Positions 43,262 through 55,370 of a stretch of 64,000 nucleotides of DNA are shown piece after piece. The position numbers were made by a program, and so were the translations under genes. This stretch comes from Terriglobia bacterium (GTDB lineage: Bacteria; Acidobacteriota; Terriglobia; Terriglobales; Acidobacteriaceae). The notes below the pieces were generated by a model. That model was not told where the DNA came from and searched no databases. It saw nothing but the letters and a program-made list of their open reading frames with translations. Within the stretch, counting starts at the first letter, position 1, and the number at the start of each line of letters is the position of its first letter. The DNA lies in contig CAVOLN010000003.1 in NCBI GenBank assembly GCA_963696825.1, positions 45,130 to 109,129 of the forward strand, read 5' to 3'.

Positions 43262-44296
43262 ATGCTTTGGAAGGGATTTCAAAAACCCAAACGTCTCGCC
43301 GTCGATACTTCAACCCTAACCGACAAGTACGGCATCTTCTGGGCCCAGCCGTTTGAACGCGGCTTCGGCACCACCATCGGCAACGCTCTGCGCCGCGTCA
43401 TGCTTTCTTCGATCGAAGGAGCGGCGGTCACCGCGGTGAAGATCGAAGGCGTGCTGCACGAGTTCCAGTCGATTCCCGGCGTGGTCGAAGACGCGACCGA
43501 CATCATCCTCAACCTGAAGCAGATTCCGTTCAAGTTGAGCGGCGATGCTCCCAAGGCGATCTATCTGCGCGCCGACCAGCCGGGCGTTGTCACCTCCGGC
43601 ATGATCGAAGCCGATGCCGACGTCGAAGTGCTCGACAAGGACGTCTACATCGCGACCGTCAGCGAAGGCGGCAAGCTCGACATGGAAATGCGCCTCAAGC
43701 GCGGCCGCGGCTACGTTTCGGCGGACAAGAACTTCGACGAAGATCTGGGCATCGGTTTCATTCCCATCGACTCCGTGCACTCTCCGGTGCGCAAGTGCAA
43801 CTACACCGTGGAAGCGGCGCGTCTGGGACAGATCACCGACTACGACAAGCTGACTCTCGAAGTGTGGACCAACGGCTCCATCACTCCGGCCGATTCGATC
43901 GGCCTGGCGGCGAAGCTGCTGAAGGACCACATGAACATCTTCATCAACTTCGAAGAGGACATCGAGACTTCCACTTCGACCGACGACCGCAAGCCGGAGA
44001 TCAAGAACGAGAACCTGAACCGGTCGGTCGAGGAGTTGGAGCTTTCGGTGCGCAGCTACAACTGCCTGAAGAATGCCAACATCCAGACCATCGGCGAACT
44101 GGTCCAGAAGACCGAAGCCGAAATGCTGAAGACCAAGAACTTCGGCCGCAAGTCGCTGAACGAGATCAAGGAAATTCTGTCGTCGATGGGCTTGAGCCTG
44201 GGCATGAAGATCGACGAGCACGGCAATGCCGTGCCCGGCCCGACTTCGAACCAGGTGCTGCCGGCATCGGCGTACGGTCCGGACAACGATCTATAG
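43262..44296 (+). CDS. rpoA: DNA-directed RNA polymerase subunit alpha
   Basis: 344 aa, intact. ...[26 protein letters not shown]... and C-terminal [23 protein letters not shown]. Confidence 0.97.
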   Translation: MLWKGFQKPKRLAVDTSTLTDKYGIFWAQPFERGFGTTIGNALRRVMLSSIEGAAVTAVKIEGVLHEFQSIPGVVEDATDIILNLKQIPFKLSGDAPKAIYLRADQPGVVTSGMIEADADVEVLDKDVYIATVSEGGKLDMEMRLKRGRGYVSADKNFDEDLGIGFIPIDSVHSPVRKCNYTVEAARLGQITDYDKLTLEVWTNGSITPADSIGLAAKLLKDHMNIFINFEEDIETSTSTDDRKPEIKNENLNRSVEELELSVRSYNCLKNANIQTIGELVQKTEAEMLKTKNFGRKSLNEIKEILSSMGLSLGMKIDEHGNAVPGPTSNQVLPASAYGPDNDL

Positions 44297-44307
44297 AAAT
44301 CAGGTTT

Positions 44308-44340
44308 CGGGTGGCGCTTGCGCCACCCGGTTTCGCGTTT
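44308..44340 (+). terminator. Intrinsic terminator/attenuator-like hairpin between rpoA and rplQ
   Basis: cgggtggcg-cttg-cgccacccg (perfect 9 bp) followed by gtttcgcgttt. Confidence 0.5.
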
Positions 44341-44375
44341 CCAGTTGCCGAGATCGATTTGCGGCGCTTGAAGCG

Positions 44376-44412
44376 AACTGAAACCTTGAAACTAGAAACC
44401 TTGAAACTTGGA
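44376..44412. repeat. 8-mer repeat arm, GAAACYTW dialect (F)
   Basis: aactgaaaccttgaaactagaaaccttgaaacttgg. GGAGG follows, then the rplQ ATG. Confidence 0.7.
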
Positions 44413-44422
44413 GGTTTGCACG

Positions 44423-44939
44423 ATGCGTCACAAAGTAGCAGGATGGAAACTGGGACGTAACACCAGCCACCGCCGCTCGTTGCTGCGGAACCTGGTGACT
44501 TCGCTCATCCTCGAAGAGCGAATCGAGACCACCGTGCCCAAGGCCAAGGCCCTGCGTCCGCTGGTCGAGAAGATGATCACGCTGGGCAAGCGCGGCGATC
44601 TTTCCGCGCGCCGCCAGGCCGGCGCCTACCTGATGACCAGCGCCGCGGTGGACAAGCTTTTCGACACCATCGGCTCCTCGTTTCGGCGACCGCGAAGGCG
44701 GATACCTGCGCATTGTTCGCGCCGGATGGCGCAAAGGCGATGGCGCCGACACCGCATTCGTCGAACTGCTGGGCAGCGAGAAGCTGCAGGAAGAAAAGCG
44801 CGAGAAGCGTGCCGAAGCCCGTTCCAAGCGCGCCGAAGAAGCCAAGCGCGCGATGGAAGAAGCCGAGGCGCAGCAAGGTGTCGAGCATCCCGCTGACCAC
44901 GCCGAAGGCGCCGACAAGGTCAAAGAAGAAAAAGAGTAA
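44423..44939 (+). CDS. rplQ: 50S ribosomal protein L17 with charged C-terminal extension; one apparent 1-nt insertion (~44680)
   Basis: [24 protein letters not shown]...KLFDTIG / [22 protein letters not shown]...KVKEEKE. Confidence 0.92.
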
Positions 44940-44960
44940 GACTCTAAACGGCAGTCGAAT

Positions 44961-44994
44961 GGGACGGGCTCTATGGCTCGTCCCTTTCTCTGTT
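44961..44994 (+). terminator. Rho-independent terminator of the alpha operon
   Basis: gggacgggc-tctatg-gctcgtccc (one G-U pair) followed by tttctctgtt. Confidence 0.6.
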
Positions 44995-45082
44995 CCGTCC
45001 TGCGTTTCCCACCCAGTCGTACATGTCCCCCGGCGTCTATCCGCCGTAATCTTGTCCTCGCCTGACCTCACGCTAGACTGGT

Positions 45083-45584
45083 GTGAGGCCCATGGAGTTT
45101 TCACGCAATCAAATCGGCATCGCGGCAGGAGCCGGCGCGCTTCTGCTGATCATTTTTTTTGGCTATCTCATTCACTTGAACGGCCAGGGTCCGGTGCTCG
45201 GACCGCTCGGAAGACCGCGATCCACTCTCCGGAATACCCAATTCCATCTCGCTGAATCCTCTGCGTGACCGCACTTCCGAGCGGGAGGCGGCCAAGTTCA
45301 TCCGCAGCATGCGCGACGGAAACTGCAAGGAAGAACTCGCCGATTGGGAAAAGGATTATCGCAAGAAGTACGCCGCCTTCATCTGCGACTCCGAGGCCCA
45401 GCATCCTCTGGTCTCCTGGGAGGTCGCGGACTGGGAAGACACGCCGCCTTTGCGCATCCTGCACTATCGCGGCAAGCGCCGCAACGCTCCCGATCAGAAG
45501 GGCACGTACAAGGAGTTGTTCTCGGTGACGCTGGAGAGAAAAGGCGGCGAGTGGGTTGTGACCAAGTACGACTCCATGTATTAG
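45083..45584 (+). CDS. Membrane-anchored hypothetical protein; one apparent frameshift (~45200)
   Basis: MEFSRNQIGIAAGAGALLLIIFFGYLI anchor, then in the next frame ...LNPLRDRTSEREAAKFIRSMRDGNCKEELADWEKDYRKKYAAFICDSE...EWVVTKYDSMY. Confidence 0.5.
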
Positions 45585-45587
45585 AAG

Positions 45588-45634
45588 CAGTCGCCAGTCG
45601 TCAGTCTTCGGTCTTCAGCCGTTCTTCCAGCCTT

Positions 45635-45640
<6 letters not shown>
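45588..45640. repeat. Heptamer-repeat tract (A then B') between convergent genes
   Basis: gcagtcgccagtcgtcagtcttcggtcttcagccgttcttccagcctttcagct. Confidence 0.65.
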
Positions 45641-47674
<2,034 letters not shown>

Positions 47675-47852
47675 AAGTTTTCTCGGACGTGGAGGATAAT
47701 TTTCCATTCTAGAGACGGTTGGGAGTTCAGGCAAATCAGTTCAGGCAAATATCGGAGCGAAGTGGCAAGGCCGTCGCTACCGCGATTTCTGTCATCGGCT
47801 AGTTGATCCCATTCAGCCCGCCATCTCATTCACGGGCGTCGTACGATCACCG

Positions 47853-47898
47853 GCGTCATCCTGAGAGACTTCAGTCTCGAAGGATCTCGCGTGCATTG
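47853..47898. repeat. GTCATCCTGAG-family unit (short form)
   Basis: gcgtcatcctgagagacttcagtctcgaaggatctcgcgtgcattg. It is about 80% identical to 60214-60258. Confidence 0.65.
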
Positions 47899-47991
47899 TC
47901 GGTAATGTCGAGGCAACGGCTGGCCCGCTTGATGGCAGACGTTCGTCCAAGAATGCGAGACCTGCTGACCCTCCACGAGCTCCCAGCTGGT

Positions 47992-48020
47992 TTGTTTTTT
48001 GGCACTGCGCGGCGTATATT
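47992..48020 (+). promoter_or_regulatory. Candidate sigma-70 promoter of the rimP-nusA-infB leader
   Basis: TTGTTT (47992-47997), 17-nt spacer, TATATT (48015-48020). Confidence 0.4.
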
Positions 48021-48067
48021 GATATCTGGAACTGTTGTGTAGTTACCAGCACGTGGCGAGACACACC

Positions 48068-48089
48068 AGTGGGCGCAAGCCCACTTTTT
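48068..48089 (+). terminator. Intrinsic terminator in the rimP leader (attenuator or sRNA 3' end)
   Basis: agtgggc-gcaa-gcccact followed by tttt, ending 51 nt upstream of the rimP ATG. A second hairpin ctggaact...agttaccag lies at 48026-48049. Confidence 0.6.
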
Positions 48090-48140
48090 AGTTTAGCCCG
48101 TTTTGAGAGTCGGCTAGATCGGCTGTAAGTTATTGATTTC

Positions 48141-48634
48141 ATGGCACTTGAGATCGACAAGGTGCGCGAAATTGCGGAGCGGGTGGCGGCCTCCAGCGGG
48201 CTGGAGGTGGTGGAAGTGGAGTTGCGCGGCGGCGGCAAAGCTCGCATGCTCCGCATCGTGATCGACAAGCCTGCCGGCGTCACGCACGAGGACTGCGCCA
48301 ATCTCAGCCGGGAAGTCGGGCACGATCCTCGATGTCGAGGACGCGATTCCCGGTTCGTACACGCTGGAAGTTTCTTCGCCGGGGCTGGATCGCAAGTTAA
48401 TTCGTCCAGCGGATTACGAGCGCTTCACCGGAAGCCGGGTGAAGTTGACGACGCAGCAACCGGTGAACGGCAACCGTCACTTTGAAGGCCGGCTGGAGAG
48501 TTTTCAGCACGGTCGTCTGACGCTGGACCTGAGCGCGGCCAGAAAGAAGCGCCGTCCGGAAGAAGGCGCCGCAGCAAAAGCTGGAAATCGATCTGGCGAA
48601 CGTCGAGAAGGCGAATCTGGTGCCGGAGATTTAG
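48141..48634 (+). CDS. rimP: Ribosome maturation factor RimP; two apparent 1-nt insertions (~48320, ~48575)
   Basis: ...LEVVEVELRGGGKARMLRIVIDKPAGVTHEDCANLSREVG / ILDVEDAIPGSYTLEVSSPGLDRKL...RLTLDL / QKLEIDLANVEKANLVPEI. Confidence 0.88.
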
Positions 48635-48638
48635 GAAT

Positions 48639-48740
48639 GGGCATTGAGTAGTTGGGAAATTGCGCAATTTAGTAATTTTCGAACCTGGAGTCCCAGGCTT
48701 CAAATTACAAAATTACCCAATTACAAAATTACTCAGTTGC
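48639..48740. repeat. Intercistronic hairpin, TAATTGAG-like dialect (E/E') with central cctgg-agtc-ccagg
   Basis: gggcattgagtagttgggaaattgcgcaatttagtaattt / caaattacaaaattacccaattacaaaattactcagttgc. Confidence 0.75.
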
Positions 48741-48772
48741 AGAGTTCCCGTTGGTTCTGACTGGAATTATCT

Positions 48773-50313
48773 ATGGCAAGTGAGCTCTATAACACGATCG
48801 ACGCGTTGAGCCGGGAAAAGGGCATTGATCCGCAAATTGTGGTGAGCGCGGTGGAAGATGCCATCGTGGTCGCCACGCGCAAGTATTACAAGACGCAGGA
48901 AAACCTGCGCGCCGAACTGGACAAGGAAACCGGCAAGATCCGCGCCTTTGCGGTCAAGACGATCGTCGAGACTCCGGAGCAGGTGGAAGATCCCGTCCTG
49001 CAGGTCACGCTGGATGATGCTCGCAAGATCAATCCCAACGTCGAGTTGGGGGCGAGCTGCAGATCAACAAGCAGACCGAAGGAATTCTGGGACGCATCGC
49101 GGCGCAACTGGCCAAGCAGGTCATCTTTCAGAAGGTGCGCGAAGCGGAACGCGACACTGTTTACAACGAGTACATCGGCCGCGTCGGCGAGATCGTAAAC
49201 GCCACGGTGAAGCGCATCGAAGGTCCGGATGTGATCTTCGATATCGGCAAAGCCGAAGCGCGCATGCCGCGCAAGGAGCAGTCGCGGCTGGAGTCGTTCG
49301 CCATGGGCGAGCGCGTTCGGGTGGTGATCGCCCGGGTGGAACGGGCCTCGAAAGGGCCGGCAGTCGTGGTTTCCCGCGCCGCGCCGGAGCTGGTGCAGCA
49401 CCTGTTCCAGACTGAAGTTCCCGAAATCTACGACGGAACGGTCGTGATCCGCGCGATCGCGCGCGAAGCCGGCGAGCGCACCAAGATCGCGGTCATGTCG
49501 AAGGACAAGGACGTGGACGCGGTGGGCGCCTGCGTCGGCATGAAGGGCATGCGGGTGCAGTCCATCATCCGCGAACTGCGCGGCGAGAAGATCGACATCA
49601 TCGAGTATCACGAAGATCCGGTGACCTTCGCGGAAAAGGCGTTGCAGCCGGCCAAGGTGAGCCGCGTGACCGTGGTCGATGCCGGCGACAAGCATCTGGA
49701 AGTGGTGGTGGACGACAGCCAGCTTTCGCTTGCCATCGGCAAGAAGGGACAGAACGTCCGCCTGGCGGCGAAGCTGCTGGGCTGGAAGATCGACATCAAG
49801 AGCGAGGAAGAGAAGCGGCAGGAAGTGGAGCAGCAGATGTCCGCGCTGGTGGGCTCCGCCTCCACTCCGCTGGAGAGCGTGCCCGGCCTGGGCGAAGGGC
49901 TGATCGAGAAGCTGAGCGCTGCCGGCATGACCACGGTCGAAGCCCTGGCCGACATGACGCCCGAGCAACTGGAAGCCATCGAAGGAATTGGCCCCAAGAC
50001 GGTGGAAAAAATCAGCCTGGCGGTGAATAATTATTTCTGCCAGCCTGGAGTCGGGCGAAGCCGGTGAGCAGTCGCCGCGCCGCTTGAAGGCGACGAGCTC
50101 CCTGCGGAAGACGTGGCTGAGGAATCGGCTGCGAGCGCGGAAGCTGCGAGCGAAACCGAAGAAGCTGCGGTCGAGACCGAAGAAGCCGCGGCCGAGGCGG
50201 CCCCGGAGGAAGTAGCTGCTGTCGACGAAAGCGCCGGGCAGACTGAATTGCCGGAAGCTTCGGAATCGTCGGAAACCTCGGAGGAGCCTGGTCCTTCTGA
50301 GGAAAAGCAGTAA
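48773..50313 (+). CDS. nusA: Transcription termination/antitermination factor NusA with acidic C-terminal tail; about three frame breaks (~49055, ~50033, ~50082)
   Basis: S1 and KH domains (...GRVGEIVNATVKR..., ...VGACVGMKGMRVQSIIRELRGEKIDII..., ...LAIGKKGQNVRLAAKLLGWKIDIK...). The tail is ...EESAASAEAASETEEAAVETEE.... Confidence 0.92.
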
Positions 50314-50421
50314 GATGCGATTCTCTCGCGCGAGCGCAAGCGGCTGCGCGCGATCTCAAAGCTGACACCGTGAGGTTGATATGAAGACTTAGCGGGACAG
50401 TCCGGAGGACGGAAAGGGCGG

Positions 50422-53320
50422 ATGAGTAAGATTCGAATCAACGATCTGGCAAGGGAGCTGGAAGTTAAAAGCAAATCGATTCTCGATGTACTTCCGGAGG
50501 TTGGAGTCACCGAGAAGAAGAGCCATTCCAGTTCTCTCGAAGACCATGAAGCGGACAAGGTGCGCGCGCAGTTCCGCGCTGCCAGCCAGGCGCAGACTTC
50601 GAGCCGGTCCTCGCGCCCGGGCCGCGCCGAAGCGGACGAAATCAAGACCAAGATCGATCTTTCCCACATTTCCAAGCCTGGCGACGCGCTGAAAGCCATC
50701 ATCAGCAAGCAACAAGGACCCGCGGCCGCAGCCGCCCCGCCGTCGGCTACAGCGCCGCCGGTCGAAACCAAGCCCGTGGCCGCGCCCGCCCCGCCCGCGG
50801 CGAAACCTCCAGCTCCGAAGCCGCCGACTCCTCCGCCGCTGGCGGCGCCAAAATTTGTGGTTCCGACTGCAACTCCGCGACCGACATTTACGGCTCCCGC
50901 GGCTCCGGCTGCCGCCTCAGTCCGCGGCCCCGGTGGCTCCGGTTGCGCCGCGGCCTGCAGTGCCGCCGCCGCGGCGCCAGCCGCACACGCCGTCCACAAC
51001 ACCAGCTGCCGCGCCACCGCGACCCGCCGCGCCTCCGGCAGCCGCCGTTCACGGCGGGCCGGCCAGTCGAGCCGAGCGGCGCCGGCGGCTCCGCAAGCGC
51101 CTCCGCCACGAATGATCGTTCCGCAGACCGGGCCGCGTCCGGTGTACAAGGCGCCTTTGCGACCAGCGCCGCCTGCAGGTTTATCGACCGCGCCTGCGGG
51201 TGCGCGTCCCGCTCCAGGACGTCCGGTGCCAGGCCAGCCGATTTTCCAGCGCCCGCGCCCGGGCGCCCCAACCAATCGTCCGCCATTGCGCCCGGGCGAG
51301 CGCCGGCCCATGCATCCGACGCGCCAGTCGCCCACCGGCACGCGCCCACTGGGCGTTGGGCCGGGAGCTGTGCCTCCGGGCCCGGCGGCACGGCCCGGCA
51401 GCCGGCCGGGTGCGCCATCGCGCCGGCCGGGACAGCGCTATGTTCCGCGTGGCGTGAAGGAAGGCCCGATGAAGGGCTACACGCCGCCGCCGCGGCTGTC
51501 GCTCTCCAATGAGCCGCAGCCGATCACGCGCAGCATCACCATCACGGAAGGCATCAGCGTCAAAGATCTGGCGGAGAAGCTGGGGCTTCGCGCCAAGGAT
51601 TTGATCGCCCGCCTGCTGGCCCGCGGCGTGTTTGCCACCATCAACCAGACGCTCGACACCGAACTGGCCAGCGAGATGGCGCGTTTCTTCGGAGCCGACA
51701 CCAACGTGATCACCTTCGAAGAGCAGGCTGCCAAGGAAGTTTCCGAAGCTGCCGCGGGTGAAGAAGGCGACTCCCACGGAAGGCGTGCCGCGTCCGCCGG
51801 TGGTCACCATCATGGGCCACGTGGATCACGGCAAGACCACGCTGCTCGATTCCATCCGCCTGACCAACGTGGCCGGAGGCGAAGCCGGCGGCATCACGCA
51901 GCACATCGGCGCTTACAAGGTAACGATTCTGGACAAGGAGTCTCCCGCCTACGGCCGCCAGATCGTGTTTCTCGACACGCCCGGTCACGAAGCCTTTACC
52001 CGCATGCGTGCCCGCGGCGCCAAGGCCACCGACATCGTCGTGCTGGTCGTGGCCGCCGACGACGGCGTGATGCCGCAGACGCTCGAAGCCATCGATCACG
52101 CCCACGCCGCGGAAGTGCCGATCATTGTCGCGGTGAACAAGATCGACAAGCCGGATGCGTTGCCGGACCGAGTGAAGAAGCAGCTGGCCGATCGCGGTCT
52201 GATGCCGGAAGACTGGGGCGGAACCACGGTGTTCGTCGACGTCTCGGCCAAGCAGAAGACCAATCTGAACCTGCTGATGGAAATGATCTGCCTGGTGGCC
52301 GACCTGCAGGAATTGAAGGCTACGCCCGATCGTCCTGCAACCGGCGTGGTTCTCGAAGCCAAGCTGGATCGCGGTCGCGGACCCGTGGCCACCGTGCTGG
52401 TGCAGAACGGCACCTTGCGCACCGGCGACAACTTCGTCGTCGGCAACGTGTACGGCAAGGTGCGCGCCATGTTCGACGATCGCGGCGCGCAGCTGGAAAC
52501 CGCTCCTCCTTCCACTCCGGTCGAGATTCTGGGTATGGAAGGATTGCCGCAGGCCGGCGATCAGTTCGTGGTGGTCGCCGATCGCGACAAAGCGCGCGGC
52601 ATTTCCGAATACCGCGAACAGAAAGCTCGCGAAGCCACGCTGGCCAAGAGTTCCCGCGTTTCGCTGGAAGGCCTGGCGGAGCAGCTGAAGACTGCCGGCA
52701 CCAAGGAACTGAACATCATTCTGAAAGCCGACGTGGGCGGATCGGTGGAAGTGCTGAGCGATCTGCTGACCAAGCTTTCGAACGACAAGGTGCGGCTGAA
52801 GGTTCTGCGCTCCGGCGTAGGCGCCATCACCGAGTCCGACGTGCTGCTGGCTTCGGCTTCGAACGCCATCATCATCGGATTCAACGTGCGTCCGGAGCGC
52901 AAGGCGCAGGAGCTGGCGGAGCAGGAGAAGGTCGATATCCGGCTGCACTCGATCATTTACGAGTTGCAGGACGAGATCAAGCGCGCCATGACCGGCCTGC
53001 TCGAGCCGACCATCAAGGAAACCTACCAGGGCCGCGCCCAGGTGAAGGAGACCTTCCGCATCCCGAAGGTCGGCACGATTGCGGGATGCTCGGTCACCGA
53101 TGGCATCATCAAGCGCGACTCCGAAGTCCGCCTGCTGCGCGACAACAACGTCGTCTTCACGGGCAAGGTCGGCTCGCTGCGGCGCTTCAAGGACGATGCC
53201 AGCGAAGTGCGCAACGGCATGGAGTGCGGCATCTCGATCGCGAACTACGGCGACATCAAAGTCGGCGACGTGATCGAAGCCTTCGTGACCGAGAAGGTTG
53301 CCGCGGAAGCCATAGCTTGA
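50422..53320 (+). CDS. infB: Translation initiation factor IF-2; at least one (probably three) frame breaks (~50925?, ~51090?, ~51770)
   Basis: N-terminal [22 protein letters not shown], a Pro/Ala-rich linker, a GTPase domain with [25 protein letters not shown] and NKIDK, and an intact C-terminal domain. Confidence 0.93.
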
Positions 53321-53323
53321 AAA

Positions 53324-53394
53324 GCAGTCGTCAGTCGTCGGTCGTCAGTCGTCAGCAAATCGCTGACGACTGACGACCGAGGACTGACGACCGC
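53324..53394. repeat. Intercistronic hairpin, GTCGTCR dialect: 33-bp stem with 2 mismatches, 5-nt loop
   Basis: Base-by-base pairing of 53324-53356 with 53362-53394. It starts 4 nt after the infB stop and ends on the base before the DUF503 ATG (53395). Confidence 0.93.
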
Positions 53395-53682
53395 ATGATC
53401 GCTTTTCTCACCCTCGAACTGCACATCGAAGCGGCGCAGTCGCTCAAAGACAAGCGGCAGGTGGTCCGCAGCCTGAAAGACCGTCTGCGCGCGCACTTCA
53501 ACGTGGCGGTGGCGGAACTGGATCCCAGCGGGCTGTGGAACCGGGCTACCATCGGCGTGGTCGGCATTTCGGATTCGCGCGACTATCTCGACGGCCTGAT
53601 GAAGAATGTGGAGCGCCAGGCGACTCGCATCGCCAACAACGGCGGCGCGGATATTGCGGATTCATTCGTGGAATATCTGTAG
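53395..53682 (+). CDS. DUF503 (YlxP-like) protein
   Basis: 95 aa. MIAFLTLELHIEAAQSLKDKRQVVRSLKDRL...; conserved position between infB and rbfA. Confidence 0.8.
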   Translation: MIAFLTLELHIEAAQSLKDKRQVVRSLKDRLRAHFNVAVAELDPSGLWNRATIGVVGISDSRDYLDGLMKNVERQATRIANNGGADIADSFVEYL

Positions 53683-53803
53683 CGCCGGCGTCCCGCCGGG
53701 TGTCTGGAGGGCGTCCCGCCCGCCGCATTGGGCCGCTGCAATCCGCCGTCGGCCAATTTAAAATTGCTTGTGTCTACCTGAGGCGGCGAGACGCCGGCGC
53801 TAC
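53679..53803. repeat. GC-rich palindromic element with 14-bp perfect termini GTAGCGCCGGCGTC / GACGCCGGCGCTAC
   Basis: Termini at 53679-53692 and 53790-53803. ggcgtcccgcc occurs twice in the left half. The element overlaps the DUF503 stop. Confidence 0.7.
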
Positions 53804-53811
53804 TCAGGTCG

Positions 53812-53835
53812 TTCGTCCGCGCGGGCGACCTTTTT
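53812..53835 (+). terminator. Weak terminator-like hairpin upstream of rbfA
   Basis: tcgtcc-gcgc-gggcga (one G-U pair) followed by cctttttc. Confidence 0.3.
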
Positions 53836-53870
53836 CTGATATTCTCATTCGTTTTACTCAAGAGGTGGGT

Positions 53871-54235
53871 GTGGAGAAGCGCGGCGCGAAATATCATCGG
53901 GAGCGCCTGGGAGAGGCCCTGCGGGAGGAGATTGAAACCATCGTGGAAGGGCGAGCTGGGCGATCCCGCGCATCGGGCTGGTGAGCGTGACCAGCGTGGT
54001 GTTGGCGGAGGATTCGCGCTCGGCGCAAGTGTTCGTGACCCTGGACGGAGATGACGAAGAAGCCGAGCGTTCGCTGGAAGGCCTGACCGCGGCAGTCGGA
54101 TTTATCCGTCGCGAGGTGGCCGAGAATTTGCACCTGCGTCGTCCTCCGGAATTGTATTTTCACCTGGACCGCTCCGACCAATACGGCGCCAGAATCGACG
54201 AATTGCTAGGCCGCACGCGGAAGAAGAAAAAATAG
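53871..54235 (+). CDS. rbfA: Ribosome-binding factor A; two apparent 1-nt insertions (~53950, ~53968)
   Basis: GTG start. ...YHRERLGEALREEIETIVEG / ELGDP / RIGLVSVTSVVLAEDSRSAQVFV...LRRPPELYFHLD. Confidence 0.88.
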
Positions 54236-54287
54236 TCTCGGTCGGTCTTCATCAGACTCGGAAACGGCTGAAGACTGACGACTGCGA
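54234..54287. repeat. Imperfect hairpin, GTCGTCR-like dialect, rbfA stop to nrnA start
   Basis: agtctcggtcggtcttcatcag / gctgaagactgacgactgcga. Confidence 0.55.
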
Positions 54288-54296
54288 TTGTCTGGC

Positions 54297-55249
54297 ATGT
54301 TGAAGGAAGTTCTCAAGCACATCGAGCAGCGTCAACCGGTTTGTGCTGACCTCGCACGCCCGGCCGGATGGCGATGCCATCGGTTCGGCGCTGGCTTGCT
54401 GCCAGATCCTGCGCGCGATGGGCAAGCATGCCGACGTCGTTCTGCGCGATGGCGTGCCGCGCATTTACCAGCCGCTGCCTTTTGCGCGAGAAGTTGTCCA
54501 GGCGGAGCGCGTGAACGGCGACTACGAAGCCGCCATCATCCTGGAGTGCGACAGCATCCAGCGCACCCGGCTGCGAGGGACTGGAGAACCAGTTTCCTGA
54601 TCAGCATCGATCACCACCTGAGCGGACGACCGTTTGCCCAGGTGAACTGGATCGATCCCAAGGCCGTGGCCACTGCCGAAATGGTGTACCGGCTGGCGCG
54701 CGAGGCTGGCGTCACGATTTCCCCAGAGATTGCGACCTGCCTCTACACTGCCGTTCTCACGGATACCGGCTCGTTCATGTTCGAAGGGACGAACGAGCAC
54801 ACCTTCGCACTGGCTCGCGAGTTGGTGCTGGCCGGCGCCGACCCGGCGCACTGCGCGCGCAACATTTACTTCGGACATTCCACCGCGAAGATGCGACTGC
54901 TGGGCGCGGCGCTTTCCAACCTGCACCGCGAAGGCCCTCTGGCCTGGATCTCGGTGAGCCAGGAACAGATGCAGCGCTGCCACGCCAAGGAAGAAGACTG
55001 CGAAGGGCTGGTGAATTACGCGCTTTCCATGCAGGGTGTTGAAGTGGCGCTGTTCTTCCGCGAGCTTCCCGATGGCCGCTTCCGCGTGAGCCTGCGCAGC
55101 AAGGGCAAACTGAATGTCGCAGCGGTGGCCGAACGCTTTGGCGGCGGCGGACACCAATGCGCCAGCGGTTGCGCGCTCGATGGACCCCTTGCCGGTCGCG
55201 GCGGCGCGAATTCTCGACGGAACTGCGGCTTGGTCCCTCCGTACAATAA
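54297..55249 (+). CDS. nrnA: DHH/DHHA1 family phosphoesterase (NrnA-like); about four frame breaks (~54335, ~54590, ~55190, ~55217)
   Basis: ...LTSHARPDGDAIGSALA..., ...ISIDHHL..., ...TDTGSF..., ...GGGGHQCASGC.... The C-terminus is restored as ...ILDELRLGPSVQ by removing one G. Confidence 0.8.
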
Positions 55250-55370
55250 AATCCTCTTGGAGACTGCTGCTGGCGGACAGTTTCTTCAGCTTGCAGCGAA
55301 CATTCGATCCAATCCTGATTCAGACTGCAGATTTCGAATATGAGCTCGAGCCCCGCGAGCCCGACATCGA

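Noticed and set aside
48000-48016. TGGCAC at 48000-48005, considered as a sigma-54 (-24/-12) promoter.
   Set aside because: The required TTGC(W) element 4-5 nt downstream is absent (the sequence is tgcgcggcg). A sigma-70-like reading fits better.
50314-50421. Looked for ylxR (DUF448) or an L7Ae-like gene, which commonly sit between nusA and infB.
   Set aside because: Only 108 nt are available. The sole ATG-initiated frame (MRFSRASASGCARSQS) is short and lacks the Cys-rich YlxR motif.
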